43,160 nt of DNA from positions 1 through 43,160 of the forward strand of contig CAXHAT010000050.1 of NCBI GenBank assembly GCA_964014485.1. The letters run 5' to 3'. Positions 1 to 9,546 of the stretch are shown here, in pieces. Below the pieces are notes generated by a model. That model saw only the letters and a program-made list of their open reading frames with translations. It was not told the origin of the DNA and did not search any database. The position numbers and the translations under genes were made by a program. Within the stretch, counting starts at the first letter, position 1, and every line of letters starts with the position of its first letter. The DNA comes from an uncultured Deferribacteres bacterium. GTDB taxonomy: Bacteria; Zhuqueibacterota; Zhuqueibacteria; Zhuqueibacterales; Geothermadaptataceae.

Positions 1-37
1 CCTCATCCACCTTAACTTCTCGTAAAAACTGTCTTGA

Positions 38-391
38 CATTGGGGTCCACTTCAGAAAGCTTATTGTTCTACGGTGTTGCTAACATTTCAAGGCTTTGTC
101 AATAGTGGATGGGTTTTCCAATCTCCACCGTTGCATCGTGCTAAATCCAATATTGAACAAGGAGCGCGCGAGATATATAAAATTGATTTGATTTCAGGAG
201 AAGTTTGGGATAATGATTTGCTAAAACGACTTGAGGTTATTATTGATTTTATAAAAGAAGCGATAAATGTTCTTGACAAGAAGGGTGTGCCGTTGAAATT
301 GAGAATGAAAGTTGATAGTAATCATGGGCCGAGTATTTATTATGATTATATAGCAGAATTGATGTTCAATGTCATAAGTAGTTATCAATAA
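38..391 (+). pseudogene. Fragment of an AT-rich hypothetical protein gene, cut at its 3' end by IS630
   Basis: Frame 2 is open from 38 to 391 (HWGPLQKAYCSTVLLTF...YIAELMFNVI). Its last codons and the stop (SSYQ*) come from the IS630 inverted repeat starting at 377, and there is no convincing native start. Confidence 0.55.
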
Positions 392-396
392 ATTTT

Positions 397-995
397 TCAA
401 ACAAATTTCATTTTTTCTTCATCAATTCCCATTAAGAAGGAGAATTCAGCAAAAGACAGTTTTTCCAGCCATTCGACGACAGCTTTGGATAAAGTTTCCA
501 GTGAATCATAGAATTGGTTTTTCGTCATTTGTCCTCTCATGAATCTCCAGAGCCGTTCGATCAGGTTCACATGCGGACTATATGTTGGCTGAAACACAGG
601 TTCCATCGTTCCTTTATGCTTTTCCCAAAAATCGTTTAGCCGAGGGGTTGTATGGACTGAAGCGCTGTCCATGACGATAAAATAAAACGCCTTCGGATCG
701 AGTTCAACGAGATGCTCGATATGCGCTTGAACTTCCTGATGTCTCTTGCGCTCATGGATCGTATAAACGCCTTCTCCGCTTGGGTAAATGAGGCTGCCGA
801 ACAAAGCGTTCCAGGGATTTTCCAATCCGGGAGAAGTGATTTTCTTTTGTTGTCCGGCAACGACGTAACTGCTTCCAACATCCGGACACCAATGTAAGTC
901 CGTCGCGTCAAAGAAGACCAGGCGAGCCGGCTTGGCGGGAAGAGAAAAATCAGCGTTTGTGGCGTCATGACTGGTTAATCGTCCTTCAAAGGCTT
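397..995 (-). CDS. IS630 transposase, DDE catalytic part (OrfB, reached by frameshift)
   Basis: The frame is open from the A8 run (KKAFEGRL...LVFFDATDLHW...) through IVMDSASVH and PTYSPHVNLIERLW, the DDE_3 signature. Confidence 0.88.
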
Positions 996-1504
996 TTTTT
1001 TAACGTCTCGATCCGGGCGCGTTTGACTGTGTATAAGGGGTCGGGTGAAGTCACCGTGAGCTTGCCCCGATTCAAGCGCAGTCCATGTCTTTTCAACTGC
1101 ATTGAGATCGCGGATTGCCCGACCTGAACATCGTGATAGGCCGAAAAGTGTTTGACCAACAGAACCTGCGTCCAATTGCGGGCCCCGCTGTCTAATTTTT
1201 CAAATTGACAAGGACTCTGATGCAGCAGTTCTTCCCATTCGTTTTTAGTGAACTTTATTTTGGCCGGAGAGCCCGGACTATATTGCCGCCGAAGGGCGTC
1301 CAGACCGCCTGAGTTGAACCGATGAATGTAATTGCGGACGGTGACGCGAGAAAGTTTAAAATAGTCCGCCAATTTCGGAACCGACTTGCCCTCACCGGAT
1401 TGAACGATCACCATAAGACGGCGGTACCACTTCGCATCTTTGGTCAATTTAAATTCAGCGTCGAGGAGTTTGCGCGTCTCGGCATCAACTTGAGCGAAAA
1501 TCAT
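986..1504 (-). CDS. IS630 transposase, N-terminal HTH part (OrfA)
   Basis: HTH motifs (SVPKLADYFKLSRVTVRNYIHRFNSGGLDAL; WTQVLL...QSAISMQLKRHGL). The ORF ends at an A8 run (ETLKKSL*). Confidence 0.9.
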   Translation of the reverse strand: MIFAQVDAETRKLLDAEFKLTKDAKWYRRLMVIVQSGEGKSVPKLADYFKLSRVTVRNYIHRFNSGGLDALRRQYSPGSPAKIKFTKNEWEELLHQSPCQFEKLDSGARNWTQVLLVKHFSAYHDVQVGQSAISMQLKRHGLRLNRGKLTVTSPDPLYTVKRARIETLKKSL

Positions 1505-1586
1505 GATTGCCTTCCTAAATATCTATTATTCAGGAAGATAAGTCAAAATTCGATACAAGCGCAAGAAATTTATTGATAACTACTTA

Positions 1587-3610
1587 GTGTCCATCCGGAA
1601 ACGCTCTATTTTCGTTTCTTCGGCCTGTCCTGGATTAACCGGCCTTATGCTTTATCATCCTATTTTGTTGTGCTTAGTTCTTATTTCACGTCATTTTTGG
1701 CGTCAAAAGGCGCCTTTGGCTGTTTCATTGGCTTCGTAACTTGAAACAGAGCGTACGTCTGCCTTGCTCGTCGTGCTTGTTGCTTTTTCAGTTCATGTTT
1801 TTAACGACAAAACGTGCGATCACACGCAAGTTGAAAACGATGACGTTCCACAAGACGAATTTTTGGAAGGCTTGCCAGCCCTTCCATGTGCAAGTTCCTG
1901 CGTTGAGTCCACGTTTAAAATTCGAGATAGCCGCTTCAACGCCGGCGCGCCATTTTTTGAGCATGGTCTCCATTTTCTTGCTGGAGGCGACGTTTTTAAG
2001 CGCGCCCCTGACTTTATTGAAAACGACGTTTTTGACGCCCTTTGCCAGGGCGTAGTCTCTGTTTTTCAGGCTGGCAAAACCGCCGTCCGAAGCGATGGAA
2101 TCAGGGACAAGACTCAGGTTTTCTCTCAGGTTGTCGACGGTTTTAGTGTAAAGATCAACGTCGGAAGGATTGCCGCGCTCGATGATGCAGTCAAAAATAA
2201 AGTGACTGTCGCCAACGGTCAAATTGACTTTGTGGCCAAAGATCGCTTTTTGACCGCCTTTGCAAATACAGTCGGTGTGGTCTTCAAAAATTGAAAAGAG
2301 CTTTTCGGCGACCGGCACTTGTTCTCCGTCTATTTCGCGTCGGCGGGCGACGTCGCCGACTTGCTGCATTTTGGGCAGGAGCGCTTCGAGTTTTTGCAAG
2401 AGCCTTTGGCGCTTCCTTTCTTCAGTCTCGTCGCTCATGACGCAGCCTGAAAGCGCGGCGGCGGCTTCAACGACCTGATTTTCGCAGGCCTTGTGCGCTT
2501 TGAGCAGTCTCTTGAACAGCGGCGGGCGTTTCTGCTTGGCGTTTTTGCCGTTGGTGTTAACAATCTTGAAAAACAGTTTCTTCCCGGCTTTGCGATAGCT
2601 GCGAAAGCGGATTTCATTGAACAGGGCTTTGGCTTGCTTCAACAGAAGACACGAGACGCGCACCCCATCCCACAACAGCGAAGCGTTGGTCGGATAGTGG
2701 ATGTTGGTTTTGACGACTGTGGAGTCGGGACGCACTTTTTGGCCTGAATCGACGCCCAGTTCAAGAGCGCAAAGCGCAAGCGCCCGATCAAAGGCCGTGA
2801 GCGCTTCAAGCGTGACTTTCGAGATGTTTTCCTGCAGCGTTTGCGGAGAAAATTGCTTTCTGATCCCCATTTTCATAAAGGTGCGGCCGAGTTTTGAATC
2901 GGCTGCGGCCCGGCTCAATTCGGCGTAAGTCAGGCGGTTGTGCTGCTTGTAGATCGTGCAGCGAACCACTTGCTCAAGCGTCATGCCGTCGCGGCCGACA
3001 ACGCCGGTCGTTTCCGCTTTGGCGTTGGCAAAGCAAGGCTGAAACAAAAGGATCAAACTTTCTCGATTTTCCAAAATGTGGTGCATAATAAAAAGCGCCG
3101 GATCTAGGTCCCAATTGGCGTCGTCAAAATCGAAAGTTAACTGCTTTTTGAAAAGTTTCATCTTTTGCCCTTTAAGTTCCTGTTCTTTATTTGGTTAACA
3201 ACTTTAAAGAGGCTCTTCCGGTAAATGCGTACTTATTACTCTCAGGCTCGTACACAATCTGCTCCATTACCGTTTTCTATGCTCCAGGCTCGGCTCTATT
3301 TCAGCTCTTTGTCTTTCTTTTCCTTAGCGATCAGCATGTGGAGCGAGGAGCAAAGTCAAGACCGCAGCGATCCGCCAGGGAGCAAGCCGAAGGGGAGTCT
3401 TTACTTTGTCCGCAGCGGAACATATTTTTGAGCCAGCCAGAAAAGAAAAGACGAATTGCAGTCAAAGCAGCATTTCATAGAAAAGTACGCGTTAGTCGGA
3501 TGAACCTTTAAAGATAGAGCTTGAAGGGCAATTATTACAGCTTTTTCTGACGTTTGGAGAATATTTAATATATTGTTTATCATAGAGTTGAGAAAGCTAC
3601 GGATGGACAC
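1587..3610 (-). mobile_element. ISNCY / IS5-like insertion sequence
   Basis: Terminal inverted repeats TA|GTGTCCATCCG (1585-1597) and CGGATGGACAC|TA (3600-3612) enclose a 457-aa DDE transposase. Confidence 0.85.
1788..3161 (-). CDS. Transposase (ISNCY/IS5-like DDE)
   Basis: Motifs GRDGMTLEQVVR, DSTVVKTNIHYPT..SLLWD, FSIFEDHT, FGHK, ASDGGF and RAGVEAAIS (DDE triad candidates). The ORF appears intact. Confidence 0.9.
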   Translation of the reverse strand: MKLFKKQLTFDFDDANWDLDPALFIMHHILENRESLILLFQPCFANAKAETTGVVGRDGMTLEQVVRCTIYKQHNRLTYAELSRAAADSKLGRTFMKMGIRKQFSPQTLQENISKVTLEALTAFDRALALCALELGVDSGQKVRPDSTVVKTNIHYPTNASLLWDGVRVSCLLLKQAKALFNEIRFRSYRKAGKKLFFKIVNTNGKNAKQKRPPLFKRLLKAHKACENQVVEAAAALSGCVMSDETEERKRQRLLQKLEALLPKMQQVGDVARRREIDGEQVPVAEKLFSIFEDHTDCICKGGQKAIFGHKVNLTVGDSHFIFDCIIERGNPSDVDLYTKTVDNLRENLSLVPDSIASDGGFASLKNRDYALAKGVKNVVFNKVRGALKNVASSKKMETMLKKWRAGVEAAISNFKRGLNAGTCTWKGWQAFQKFVLWNVIVFNLRVIARFVVKNMN

Positions 3611-5742
3611 TAGATAGTTTTGACAGAAAAACCGAAACAATCACTCACTATGATGTTTTGGGTGGAATCAGCGGGAACGTAAAATCGGTTCGCGACATCT
3701 ATCGGGACTCAATGGGCGACTTATGGGCTGCGGTCGGCCCCAACGGCCTTAGCCGCTTTAACGACAAGACGGATGCATTCGAACGCGTAACATCGGATGT
3801 ATCTTCCTCCAATGTGATGTTCGAAGACCAGTTTGGCAACTTCTGGATCGCTGCCTTAGCAGGTGGACTTTTTCTCCTGGATCGCATCAGCGGGGAATAC
3901 TTCAGGTATCAATACGATCCCGATGACAAGAACGGTCTTGGCCAGAAGTTCGCAATCACCCTCTATATAGACAAGCGGGGACAACTGTGGGTGGGAGGCG
4001 AGAATGGGATCAGCGGGATGGTCGCAACACCAACTGAGCGGCTGAGCGGTTTTGTTGCGCGCAAACACGCTGCAACCGCCGGCTTCGTGAATTACTCCGC
4101 GCAGAGTTTGCGTTTTATTATGCACATGCTCGAAGACAGCCAATATCGCTTTTGGGTGGCCACATCAGGTAACGGCTTGCACTTATTCGATCGCGAGCAG
4201 GGCGTGAGCAAAGCTACTTACACCACAAAAGACGGTTTGGCCCATAACAATGTCCGTGCCATCATTGAAGACGACGCGGGGCTGCTGTGGCTGAGCACAG
4301 ACGAGGGCCTTTCACGCTTCGATCCGGAGACCGAGACCTTTGTAAATTTCTATACCGCCGACGGCCTTCCCAGCAACATTTTCCATGAGCACGCTCACTT
4401 CAAGAGTAAGAGTGGAGAAATATTCTTCGGCGGTGCGGAAGGCCTGATTTCCTTTTTTCCGGAAGATATCAAACCAAACGACTCCGCTCCGAAGGTGGTC
4501 TTGACCGGACTCCAGGTGTCGGGAAAGACTTTGCGGCCCGGTGAAGGAAGTCCATTACATACCTCCATTTCGTTTGCTGAAAGCATCACCCTGCCGCATG
4601 ATCAAAACAACCTGACACTCAGCTACATTGGCTTGCACTTTGTCAACACGGAGCAGAACCGTTACCAGTACTGGCTCGAAAACTACGACGAGGAATGGAT
4701 CGATGCTGGCTCGCAACGTTCAGCGCGCTATCCTCGCCTATCGCCCGGTGAATATGTTTTCCGGGTGAAGGCGGCCAACAGCAACGGCGTCTGGAATGAA
4801 GAAGGCGCGTCGCTCAAAATCACCATCACGCCGCCGTGGTGGCGAACTTGGTGGGCGTATGGATTCTACGGCCTGCTCTTTATCACAGGCATTGTTACGG
4901 TCGACCGCGTGCAGCGCCGTCGGTTGATCCGTAAAGAACGCGAGCAGTCGGAACTTCGCGAAACGGAACTGCGCGCCGAAGCGGCGGAATTGCAGGCGAA
5001 AGCATTGGAGGCGGAGAACGCCCGCAAAACGCAGGAGTTGGAGGCCGCGCGGAAATTACAGCTTTCGATGCTGCCCCAAACCGTTCCTCAACTGCCGCAT
5101 CTTGAAATCGCCGTTTATATGCAGCCAGCCTCCGAAGTCGGCGGCGACTACTACGATTTCAATCTCGCCAACGACGGCGCGCTGACCGCAGCCATTGGCG
5201 ACGCCACCGGCCACGGTTTGCAGGCGGGCACGATGGTCGCAACCGCGAAGGGCTTGTTCAATTCCCTGGCGCATGAACCGGATTTGGTGCAAATTCTGCG
5301 AAAATCCTCCGCCGCCATCAAGGCGATGGGCTTCCCGCGACTCTACATGGCGATGACGCTCGCCCGCTTCGACGGCAAGCAACTGCGGATCGCCGCCGCG
5401 GGAATGCCTTACGCGCTCCTTTATCACGCCCGATCCGAACAGGTGGAAGAAATCGTGCTCAAAGGCATGCCGCTGGGCAGCTTCCCGGATTTTCCGTATC
5501 AGCAAAAACACGTCGATCTTGAACCGGGCGATGCCGTTCTGCTGCTCTCGGACGGCCTGGAGGAAATGTTCAACGAAGAGGGGGAGATTTTGGGCGAGGA
5601 GCATGTAAAAACTTTGGTCGCGGAGGCGGGGAGAAAACCCGTGGAGGAAATCATTTCCCATCTGAAACAAGCGGGAGATGCCTGGGCGGGCGCACGTCCT
5701 CGCGCGGACGACGTGACGATGGTTGTAATGAAAATGAAGTGA
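3611..5742 (+). pseudogene. 5'-truncated two-component-regulator propeller / Y_Y_Y / TM / SpoIIE (PP2C, RsbU-like) sensor phosphatase
   Basis: Reg_prop repeats (DQFGNFWIA, DKRGQLWVG, DDAGLLWLST), Y_Y_Y (YQYWLE...PGEYVFRVKAAN), PPWWRTWWAY + TM, coiled coil and PP2C motifs (VGGDYYD, GDATGHG, SDGLEE, DDVT). The frame continues upstream of TTG 3658 right to the IS end (DSFDRKTETITHY), and there is no signal peptide. Confidence 0.85.
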
Positions 5743-5779
5743 CGGCGGGGCATGAATAAATTCAACAGTTTGTGATGAC

Positions 5780-6379
5780 TCAGGCCAAAAGCCGATGGAC
5801 CGGCATACTCCAAAGATGCGCTTCCGTGTCCAATTCTTCCACCTGATTTCCGCGCGTGATTACCATGCCGCAAAGCCACGCAGCGCCTAACTGTCGGGCC
5901 AAATCGCGCAATGGACGCAGGTCTTTTCCGGCGGCGTTTGCGCGGGATTTGATTTCACATCCGATAAAACCGTGGGGCGTTTCCAGGAGCAGATCGACCT
6001 CCATGCCGGAGCGTGTGCGGTAAAACCAGAGCCGTACGTCCTCGGCCATTGAATGCACCCACTTGTAAATTTCCGCCACGACAAAATTTTCGAACAATTC
6101 GCCGCCCGCTTCTCCCCAAAGACCTTGCAATTGGCGCACAATGCCGATGTCGAGCCAGTAAAGTTTTGGCGTTTTCACGACGGCGCTGCGAACCGTTCTG
6201 ACGAAGTCGCGATTTTCGGGCGCGTCCAGATTGATATAGTGCAAGCCTGCGTACTTTTTTTGCGCCAAAGTCGTTTTCCCCGTCTGGCGCGCGCCGGTTA
6301 AAATAACAAGCCTGCGTTGATCGTTCCGCGGCAATCGAGCGAAAAGCCAACGGAATTTCTGTAAATTTGGATGTGTCAT
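5780..6379 (-). pseudogene. AAA_14 ATPase / DUF4143 protein with a large in-frame internal deletion
   Basis: The Walker A region (LTGARQTGKTT...YINLD) is followed directly by the DUF4143 C-terminus (VVKTPKLYWLDIG, LFENFV, FYRTRSGMEVD, EIKS). There is no Walker B, and the protein is about half the usual family length. Confidence 0.75.
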
Positions 6380-6567
6380 GAACAAATTTACAGCATAATC
6401 GTGCCGGGTGCAACCATATTCTCAGAAAATAACCGCTGAAAAACAATCTCCCCAGTTTTTTCAAAAGTTGATAATTTGTTCAATCAATTTGTGCTTTGTA
6501 TCTCGGCGAGAATCGCTGCAAACGGCAATCAGCCAGATCATAAAATGCAGCGTTCGTTTCCTCGGGC

Positions 6568-8280
6568 TCATTTCGACTTAACGGTTAGCGTGACGCTTGC
6601 TTCTTCGCTTTCCTGGTAACCGTAACGCACGGCGCGCGTGCGTAAGTTCGTTCGTCCCGGAGAGAGGCGAATCGGCCCGGCGTACAAGCGCCAGTGCGGG
6701 TTTTCGCCGGAATCGGTAGAGTACGCGATGGATGCGCCTTGCGTGGGCGTAGACAGCGAAATTGTTGCAGGCGCGAAAATCGTGTCGCTCCCTGCGGAGG
6801 CTGTTGCGTTGCGGTTTCCGTCAGCGTTGACGATGATCATGGGCTTGGCGGTTTGCGGCTGCTTGCCGTTCGGCCACATTTGCGCCACCATTTCGGCTTC
6901 GGGAATGTCGCCCATATCCCCGGTTTCCTCACGCCAGTTTTCCAAAACACGCCGCATTTTTTCCAGCGTTTGTACAAAGTTCGGATCATCCGCAAGATTG
7001 TTGATTTCGTGCGGATCGGCTTCAAGATCGTACAATTCTTCCGGCGGACGTTGGTTACGGAGCCACAATTTTTGCGCGCCTTCCAGTTTGTCTTCAGCAT
7101 GTAAGCGGAGCAATTCCTGCATGGTTGCGCAGCGATTGCGGTAGGGAATCCAGAGTACGTACGGCTTGTGCGGGTAGAAATTGCGGATGTATTTGAATTT
7201 CTTGTCCCGTACGGCACGTACCATGTCGTAGGCTTCGTCGTGGCGGTCGCGGGCGGCGAAGATATAGTCGCGCGGTGAAGCTTTTTGCTTGCCCAGAAAC
7301 GCGCGGCCTTGCATGTGTTGCGGTACGGGAACGTCTGCGATGGAAAGTACGGTTGGCGCGAGATCAACAAAGTTGATCAAGTCGTCGTTCTCGCTGTTTT
7401 TTTCGATTTGACCCGGCCAGCGCACGATGAGCGGCACGTGCAGTCCGGAATCGTAGAGCCAGCGTTTTGCGCGCGGCAGCCCGTCGCCGTGATCGCTCCA
7501 AAAAAACACGACGGTGTTTTCCGCCAAACCGTCATTTTCAAGCTGCTGCAAAATCTCGCCGACGCGAGCGTCCATGCGAGCAATATTGTCATGCAAACGT
7601 CCCAACTCAGCGCGAACGGCGGGCGTGTCGGGATAATAGGGCGGCACTTCCACTGTCGCAGGATCGGTCACGGCTTCACGCCCCAGATTCGGCCAATTTT
7701 GCGATTCGTGCGTCATGGTGAGATTGATCACCGAAAAGAAAGGCTGATTTTTATCCGGACGATTGCGCCAATGGGCCTGACGGCTGCTTTCATCCCAAGC
7801 GGTTAATGGCTCGCGCGGATTGCGAATTGAAGCGAATTGGTAATCTGTTTTGACGTTGTTGGTCGTGTAGTAACCGGCGGCGCGCAGGTATTCGGTAAAC
7901 GCCTTGACGTAAGGCGGAGGCACGGCGGAGTAGGGAGTCGGCAAGCCCTCCGCGGCGTGCGATGTGCGCATGTGGTGCGTACCGATTGAAGTTTGATACA
8001 TGCCTGTAATGATGGCGGAACGGCTTGGAGCGCACACTCCGGCAGTCGTAAACGCCCGCGTGTACTTGACGCCGTCTCGCGCCAATTGATCGATGTTTGG
8101 CGTGCGCGCAACCTTGTCGCCGTATGCGCCGATGTGCGGGCTGACGTCCTCGACGGAAATCCATAAAATGTTTGGGCGTTCGGTTTTGCCGTCGGGCTGC
8201 GCAACAGATGGCGTACTCAAAAAAATCAGGAGAAAAGTGGCGACAATTGAGGGCGTGAGCGGATTGTTCTTTTTCGGCAT
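6568..8280 (-). CDS. Sulfatase (formylglycine type) with a C-terminal Fn3/chitobiase-like domain
   Basis: Signal peptide, PNILWISVED, CAPSR active-site motif, SDHG, and EELYDLEADPHE. The C-terminus reads TQGASIAY...LYAGPI...RYGYQES. The probable start is ATG 8280. Confidence 0.92.
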   Translation of the reverse strand: MPKKNNPLTPSIVATFLLIFLSTPSVAQPDGKTERPNILWISVEDVSPHIGAYGDKVARTPNIDQLARDGVKYTRAFTTAGVCAPSRSAIITGMYQTSIGTHHMRTSHAAEGLPTPYSAVPPPYVKAFTEYLRAAGYYTTNNVKTDYQFASIRNPREPLTAWDESSRQAHWRNRPDKNQPFFSVINLTMTHESQNWPNLGREAVTDPATVEVPPYYPDTPAVRAELGRLHDNIARMDARVGEILQQLENDGLAENTVVFFWSDHGDGLPRAKRWLYDSGLHVPLIVRWPGQIEKNSENDDLINFVDLAPTVLSIADVPVPQHMQGRAFLGKQKASPRDYIFAARDRHDEAYDMVRAVRDKKFKYIRNFYPHKPYVLWIPYRNRCATMQELLRLHAEDKLEGAQKLWLRNQRPPEELYDLEADPHEINNLADDPNFVQTLEKMRRVLENWREETGDMGDIPEAEMVAQMWPNGKQPQTAKPMIIVNADGNRNATASAGSDTIFAPATISLSTPTQGASIAYSTDSGENPHWRLYAGPIRLSPGRTNLRTRAVRYGYQESEEASVTLTVKSK

Positions 8281-8394
8281 TTCAACTCCCGGGGCGGTTC
8301 GTTCAGAAATGAAGATTAGGAAATATTTAGCATAACAATTCAGACTTGGCAATCACATTCTCTCTGAATTGCCGAGTTCATGATAACCGGAAAG

Positions 8395-8868
8395 TCACAA
8401 CCAACGCCGAACTTTGTTTTTGTATCGCAAGTACGATTCGCCGAACTTTTCTTCCAGATACGCTTCTTCATGTTGGATTACGGCGTGCTTCAGCAGCAAC
8501 GCCAGGACGAAAGTTCCGGCAAAAATAATGAGACTGTTTTTGCGCAATCCAACTCCCAGTGTGATGAGACACATTCCCAGGTAGATTGGATTTCGAGAAT
8601 AGGCAAATAAACCGCTCGTGACAATTCGCGTCACCGGCCCTCGCGGGTCAATGCTCGTGTTCGCGCGGCTGAGGGAAAATTGGGCGGTAAACACCATCAC
8701 AACCCCGGCAACGGCGACCGCGCCGCCTATATATTCGAATGCAGCGAGGCCGCCTAATCCAATTGGCTGGATTTTGTGTGTGGCGGCTGCGGCAATCAGA
8801 CAAAAAAGAAAAATCAGAGCGGGATGAAATTTCGTTGATGCTCCTTTTACGTCGCTGCGTTCCGGCAT
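8395..8868 (-). CDS. Isoprenylcysteine carboxyl methyltransferase family (Ste14) membrane protein
   Basis: IVTSGLFAYSRNPIYLG and EEAYLEEKFGESYLRYKNKVRRWL signatures. Confidence 0.9.
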   Translation of the reverse strand: MPERSDVKGASTKFHPALIFLFCLIAAAATHKIQPIGLGGLAAFEYIGGAVAVAGVVMVFTAQFSLSRANTSIDPRGPVTRIVTSGLFAYSRNPIYLGMCLITLGVGLRKNSLIIFAGTFVLALLLKHAVIQHEEAYLEEKFGESYLRYKNKVRRWL

Positions 8869-8901
8869 TCAGTTCCAAGAAGATTTTATGCGTTAAACGG
8901 A

Positions 8902-9258
8902 TTAAGCCTTCCATTCACACCAAGCTTTGACGACCGCTTCAATAGCAGCCGTTTTTTCAGCAACATCGGCGGCGTTTGCAAATTTCATCGTTCGCACCAA
9001 ATTGGCGTCTCCTTGCAGTAAAGGATGGTCACCGGGAATCTCGGAGCCGCGATGAAACATCAGGCTGACAAACTTTTTGGCGGCCGGATTGATGCTTGCG
9101 AGATTGCCCTTAAAAACAAAAGTCGGCGTTTTCCATTTGATGCACTCCGCCATGCGCGAATCGGCGTTGAGAATGGCCTCACGCAACGCTTGCATGGTTT
9201 CCTTTTGCGGATGTTTCAAGTCTTTAAACCAATTGTCCACTTCTTCTTTGCCGGTCAT
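8902..9258 (-). CDS. DUF1801 (YdhG-like) protein
   Basis: LREAIL...ECIKWKTPTF...LMFHRG pattern. Confidence 0.85.
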   Translation of the reverse strand: MTGKEEVDNWFKDLKHPQKETMQALREAILNADSRMAECIKWKTPTFVFKGNLASINPAAKKFVSLMFHRGSEIPGDHPLLQGDANLVRTMKFANAADVAEKTAAIEAVVKAWCEWKA

Positions 9259-9276
9259 AGTTTTTCTCCTGAGTCA

Positions 9277-9481
9277 CCTCGACATGACACTTTTTTGTAA
9301 ACTGCATTTTCGAGCCATCGAAAAGCCTCGTTTTGTCATTCTGTAAGAATCTTTGTTATCGCCCAGTACAGATCATGCTCAAACGTTCAAGGGTTCGGAT
9401 CAAAAAAAATGCTTCCAACATGACAATTCCGGCCTTTTTCGCCAGTTTTAGAAGCCTATACAAAAAATGTCAGGTAGTGAA
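9277..9481. mobile_element. MITE-like element, family A copy 1 (~205 bp)
   Basis: Imperfect TIRs (CGACATGACACTTTTTTGT ... ACAAAAAATGTCAGGTAG) and flanking 9-bp direct repeats CCTGAGTCA (9268-9276, 9482-9490). It is homologous to 19435-19780 and 33671-33874. Confidence 0.85.
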
Positions 9482-9546
9482 CCTGAGTCATCTTAATCAC
9501 TGACGATGATCAATAATCGTATTCGGCGGTCTCGTAAAGGTGATGC

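Larger units (their letters stand above)
377..1584 (-). mobile_element. IS630-family insertion sequence
   Basis: Perfect terminal inverted repeats TA|AGTAGTTATCAATAAATTT (375-395) and AAATTTATTGATAACTACT|TA (1566-1586) flanked by TA. It encodes a split HTH + DDE transposase typical of IS630. Confidence 0.93.

Noticed and set aside
1..39. Possible end of a third IS (…ACTGTCTTGACA; TGTCAAG on the minus strand) where the hypothetical reading frame begins
   Set aside because: Only 39 bp are visible, with no partner IR or transposase in the window. It could equally be a -35 box or chance.
1764..2294. 176-aa plus-strand ORF within the ISNCY element, and similar long antisense ORFs elsewhere
   Set aside because: These are antisense shadows of well-supported genes, with no independent motifs.
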